Below, one piece after another: positions 60,578 through 64,000 of a stretch of DNA of 64,000 nt. Position numbers and translations under genes: made by a program. The stretch covers positions 320,001-384,000 of the forward strand of contig CAWJET010000002.1 of NCBI GenBank assembly GCA_963842085.1. Direction: 5' to 3'. Under the pieces are notes generated by a model. It was not told the DNA's origin. It saw only the letters and a list, made by a program, of their open reading frames with translations, and did no database searches. The stretch is from an uncultured delta proteobacterium. Its GTDB lineage: Bacteria; Desulfobacterota; Binatia; Binatales; Binataceae. Numbering within the stretch: the first letter of the stretch is position 1; each line of letters opens with the position of its first letter.

Positions 60578-61969
60578 CTACCGCGGCGGTTCGATTACCG
60601 TCATCACCGTGCCTGCCGTTGCGTCGCCGTCGAGAAACGCCAGCCATCGGCCCCTCAGCGACCAGCTCATCGTAACGGTGCCGCGGGCCGGACCTTCGGC
60701 GAGCAGAAACGCGCTATCGTAGTGGAGAGAATAGGTGACGATCTTCCGCCACGGCACCGGCAGACTCGGCGCATAGATTTGCATCGCCGCCTCGTCCGCA
60801 TCTTTCGAATACTCCATCGTGCTGCGCGCCAGCATCTCAGGCACGCTCTGGAAGCCCAGCGATTTCACATCAACCTGGCCCTGTTCGGATTGCGCTACCG
60901 CGATTTGCGCGAGCACCGGCGCTTCGGGATGCTCGATCGCTCGCGCGAAAGTAAGCCCCTGGTTGCCAAGCGTGACGGTGTCGCCACCGGCGGCAAAGGA
61001 CGCGGCGCCCGTCGATACCCCCATCAAACGTTCCGCGCCGGTCGCAATGTCGTACTTGAATACGCCGATCGTGCGGTGTGTGGGGTCGGGCCCGACATAC
61101 AGGAACGACCCTTCGTCATCCTTGTCCCAGTCGAGCACGTGAATCGGCTCGCGTACGTGAAACCTGGTGCAGGTGGAGTTGCGCCGATCGAGGATGACCG
61201 GGGGCGCGGCCGCGTCGCCCTGGCCGACCGCATAGACGCCGTGTGCGCTCCAACTGAGCGCCGACATCGGGCATGAGAACTTCAGCGGCAGGACCGAACC
61301 AGCGCCAGTGACGACGATCATCTGCAAGCCGTCGGCGGGATTTGGCGGTGGCTCGGCGGAAGACTCGGTCGAATCGGGCGGCGGTGATTCGACGCCGGCG
61401 CCGGATTCCTCGGGCGGTTCGGGATGCCGTCGCAGCGCAAGCGCGATCGTCGCGTCGTTGAGCCAGCTCATCGAGATGGAGTCGAACCGGCCATTGAAGC
61501 TCGCGAGCACGTTGCCCGCGCCGCTGGCGATCAGGTCGCGAATGATCACATCGACCCGGTTGCCGCCCGGCGCGACCATCGCGGTCGCGAGCGTCAGCCC
61601 GTTGGGACTCGCGGCGACGTCAGCGATGGTTCCCTCCTCGGCTGCGTCCGGTCCCGTCTCCGCCGCGAGGATACGGCCGGTCCGCCACCCGGCGCCGCTG
61701 AGGCCATACATGATCGTGTGCCCAGTCTGAGTCCCGACGACACCGATTTCCGCGCTGTTCTGCAGCCAGATGGGAGAACGCGCGGCAATCGGCGCGAAGC
61801 CTTGCGGCATCGCGACGTTGGTCAGCACCTTGATGCCGTTGGTGACCTCCAGGGTGGTGGAATGGCCGACAAACGGCGGCGGCCCGGGCTTGGGCGCCTT
61901 GGCAGTCGAGCATGACGCAACGCTCACGGCAGTCAGAGCAAGGATCAAGATGAGGACAGACCTGGGCAT
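60578..61969 (-). CDS. Hypothetical lipoprotein (beta-propeller-like)
   Basis: Lipobox VASC; SPNG and WSxxG repeats. Confidence 0.72.
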   Translation of the reverse strand: MPRSVLILILALTAVSVASCSTAKAPKPGPPPFVGHSTTLEVTNGIKVLTNVAMPQGFAPIAARSPIWLQNSAEIGVVGTQTGHTIMYGLSGAGWRTGRILAAETGPDAAEEGTIADVAASPNGLTLATAMVAPGGNRVDVIIRDLIASGAGNVLASFNGRFDSISMSWLNDATIALALRRHPEPPEESGAGVESPPPDSTESSAEPPPNPADGLQMIVVTGAGSVLPLKFSCPMSALSWSAHGVYAVGQGDAAAPPVILDRRNSTCTRFHVREPIHVLDWDKDDEGSFLYVGPDPTHRTIGVFKYDIATGAERLMGVSTGAASFAAGGDTVTLGNQGLTFARAIEHPEAPVLAQIAVAQSEQGQVDVKSLGFQSVPEMLARSTMEYSKDADEAAMQIYAPSLPVPWRKIVTYSLHYDSAFLLAEGPARGTVTMSWSLRGRWLAFLDGDATAGTVMTVIEPPR

Positions 61970-62021
61970 CGAAAAGCGGTAGTGTATTTGGACCGATCAA
62001 AAAAGGCGACCGATTCAGAGA

Positions 62022-63839
62022 ATGAAGAACCCGTTTATTGAACGACTGTGGATAAGCCGCGAGGTTCGACTCGCAATCATTGTCGCGATTTTGTGCGCCA
62101 TCGGCGCGGTTGCCTGCGCCGCCGGCGACTGGAAGGCGGGAATAACCGCTCTTGGAGTCGCGGCGGCGATGGTGGCGGCATTCTATTTCGCTGTGGTCAG
62201 GCCCGCGCGAATCCCGCGAGACGCCGTCCTGATGGTTCGACTGGCGGGTCCGATCGAAGAAGACGTGACACGCTCGCCACTCGATCAGCTCATGCGCCGC
62301 GGCGCGCTGAGCCTCGACCATCTGCGCTATGCGCTCGAGTCGGCAGCAATTGACGACGACGTTCGCGCGATCGTGGTGGAGGTCGCGGGATTAGGCGCCG
62401 GCCTGGCGACCGCGCACGAAGTCCATCGCCTGATGCGCGCTGCGCAGGCGGGCGGCAAGCGCGTGATCGCGCTGCTGCGCGGCGACAGCGCGGGGTTGCG
62501 CGAATACCTGGTCGCGGCAGGCGCGGGCGAGATCGTCGCCAATCCGGACACGATGCTGACGATGCTCGGCGTCGCGACCGGCGGCGTTTTTCTGAAGAAC
62601 GCGCTCGACAAGCTGAAGATCCAGGCGCAAACCCTGCAGTGGAAAGAGTACAAGGGCGCCGCCGAGACGCTCGGCCGCGACACGATGTCGCCGGCGGTGC
62701 GCGAGAGCATGGAGGCGATCGTCGCGGACTGGGAGAAAATCCTCGTCGAAGCGATCGCGTCGGCGCGGAAGATGACCCCGGAACGCGCGCGCGAGCTGAT
62801 CGCGGCGGGCTTCGTCAGCGCGAAGTTCGCCGTCGAGAATCATCTGATCGATCGCGAAGGCTACATCGAGGACATCCGCGCTGAACTCGATCCCAATGCG
62901 AAGCGCAAAGCGTTCGTCAGCCTCGCGCGATACCGGCGTCACGCAATCTTCACCCGCGAGCGCGGGCGGCGCGCGCGGATCGCACTCGTGCACGCCAGCG
63001 GACCGGTAGTCTCCGGCGAGGCGCCGCCGACCGGCGAATTTATCAGCGGCGTCGCGACGGCCGCGCAAATCGATCGCGCGTCGCGCGACGAGCGCGTCAG
63101 CGCAATCGTATTTCGCGTGAATTCACCCGGCGGCTCCGCGGTCGGCTCCGACCTGGTGTGGCGCGCCGTGCGCGAGGCGCAGGGACGTGGCAAGCCGGTC
63201 GTTGTCTCGATGGGCGACGTGGCGGGCTCGGGCGGCTATTACGTCGCGGCGGGCGCCGACGCTATCGTCGCGGAGCCGGCGACGATTACCGGTTCCATCG
63301 GCGTCGTGTACGCCAAGTTCAATCTCGGCAATCTGCTCGGCGAGCTCGGCGTCCATTTCGATTTCGTGAAAAGCGCGCCCATCAGCGATGCGATGTCTTT
63401 TGCGCGCGCGATGACCGACGACGAGCTCGCACAGCTCAACGAAACAGTCGGGCATCTGTACTCGGCGTTCACCGCGAAGGTTGCGCAAGGCCGGCGGCTA
63501 AGTCCCGAGCAGGCTGAAGCCGTCGCCAAGGGGCGCATCTGGAGCGGTCTCGCGGCGAAGGAGCGTGGACTCATCGACGAAGTCGGCGGACTGTCAACCG
63601 CGGTGGCAATCGCGCGGGACCGAGCGCGCATCGCCGAGCATCGGCGCCATCAGCTCGTGACCTACCGCGCCGAGCGCCGATGGCTGGATCTTCGCGGCGG
63701 CAGCGCGGAAGTCTCAACGCCGTGGGCGATTCGCGCAGCAGCGGGCGTGCTCGGCATTCCCAGCCGTTGGGCGCCCGCGATGCTCGAGATGCACGTGCGC
63801 GGCGGCGTGATGCTGCTCTGTCCGTTCATCGAGCTGTAG
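62022..63839 (+). CDS. sppA: Signal peptide peptidase SppA (67K type)
   Basis: EYKGAAE, RVNSPGGS, KPVVVSMGDVAGSGGY, ITGSIGV, AKGRIWSG. Confidence 0.93.
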   Translation: MKNPFIERLWISREVRLAIIVAILCAIGAVACAAGDWKAGITALGVAAAMVAAFYFAVVRPARIPRDAVLMVRLAGPIEEDVTRSPLDQLMRRGALSLDHLRYALESAAIDDDVRAIVVEVAGLGAGLATAHEVHRLMRAAQAGGKRVIALLRGDSAGLREYLVAAGAGEIVANPDTMLTMLGVATGGVFLKNALDKLKIQAQTLQWKEYKGAAETLGRDTMSPAVRESMEAIVADWEKILVEAIASARKMTPERARELIAAGFVSAKFAVENHLIDREGYIEDIRAELDPNAKRKAFVSLARYRRHAIFTRERGRRARIALVHASGPVVSGEAPPTGEFISGVATAAQIDRASRDERVSAIVFRVNSPGGSAVGSDLVWRAVREAQGRGKPVVVSMGDVAGSGGYYVAAGADAIVAEPATITGSIGVVYAKFNLGNLLGELGVHFDFVKSAPISDAMSFARAMTDDELAQLNETVGHLYSAFTAKVAQGRRLSPEQAEAVAKGRIWSGLAAKERGLIDEVGGLSTAVAIARDRARIAEHRRHQLVTYRAERRWLDLRGGSAEVSTPWAIRAAAGVLGIPSRWAPAMLEMHVRGGVMLLCPFIEL

Positions 63840-63847
63840 CGACGACC

Positions 63848-64000
63848 CTAGAGCGGCGAGCGCTCCAGTTCCTCGCGGATCGAGTACATCTTCTGGCGCG
63901 CTTCGGTGATGTAGGCGTCGAGGTTGCGGCGATGGTTCGCGAAAAGTCCGTCGGGCGAACCGTTCATGACAATTAACGGCTTCATGACGGCGGCCTTGCC
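63848..64000 (-). CDS. C-terminal end of an unidentified protein (truncated by the window)
   Basis: Open frame ...GKAAVMKPLIVMNGSPDGLFANHRRNLDAYITEARQKMYSIREELERSPL*, converging on sppA. Confidence 0.6.
   Translation of the reverse strand, partial: GKAAVMKPLIVMNGSPDGLFANHRRNLDAYITEARQKMYSIREELERSPL

Overview
High-GC (about 65% by eye) bacterial chromosomal window with dense coding. The gene content (split cofG/cofH plus cofD, a DUF1329-like protein, MCE transporter, deltaproteobacterial-style prfA-prmC-murA-his order) fits Candidatus Binatota / Desulfobacterota_B; this is inference only. Contents: F420/FO biosynthesis genes, a probable branched-chain 2-oxoacid dehydrogenase E1a/E1b/E2, an Mla/MCE-PqiC ABC system, an unusual nuoB-nuoF-nuoG trio, two divergent paralogous GT-C-like membrane proteins, thiO, tandem SDRs, uvrC, comEC, an isobutyryl-CoA-mutase-type operon, a class I aldolase plus PfkB-SIS fusion, rpmE-prfA-prmC-murA-hisD-hisB-hisA, an ADP-forming acyl-CoA synthetase and sppA. 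I recognised no rRNA, tRNA, CRISPR array or transposase. The most notable non-coding signals are: (1) a two-copy ~190-bp element (31585-31775 +, 47040-47221 -) with four near-identical blocks at conserved spacing around a leaderless small ORF sharing FDGTxPxxVGxxxKTTTYGM; (2) a four-hairpin candidate sRNA with C-rich loops and a terminator (28087-28230 -); (3) a 50-bp MITE-like palindrome with 8-bp direct repeats (43473-43538); (4) dispersed and tandem TGTCAT-type REP-like repeats; (5) a 40-aa membrane peptide missing from the ORF track. All product calls come from motif recognition, not database searches.
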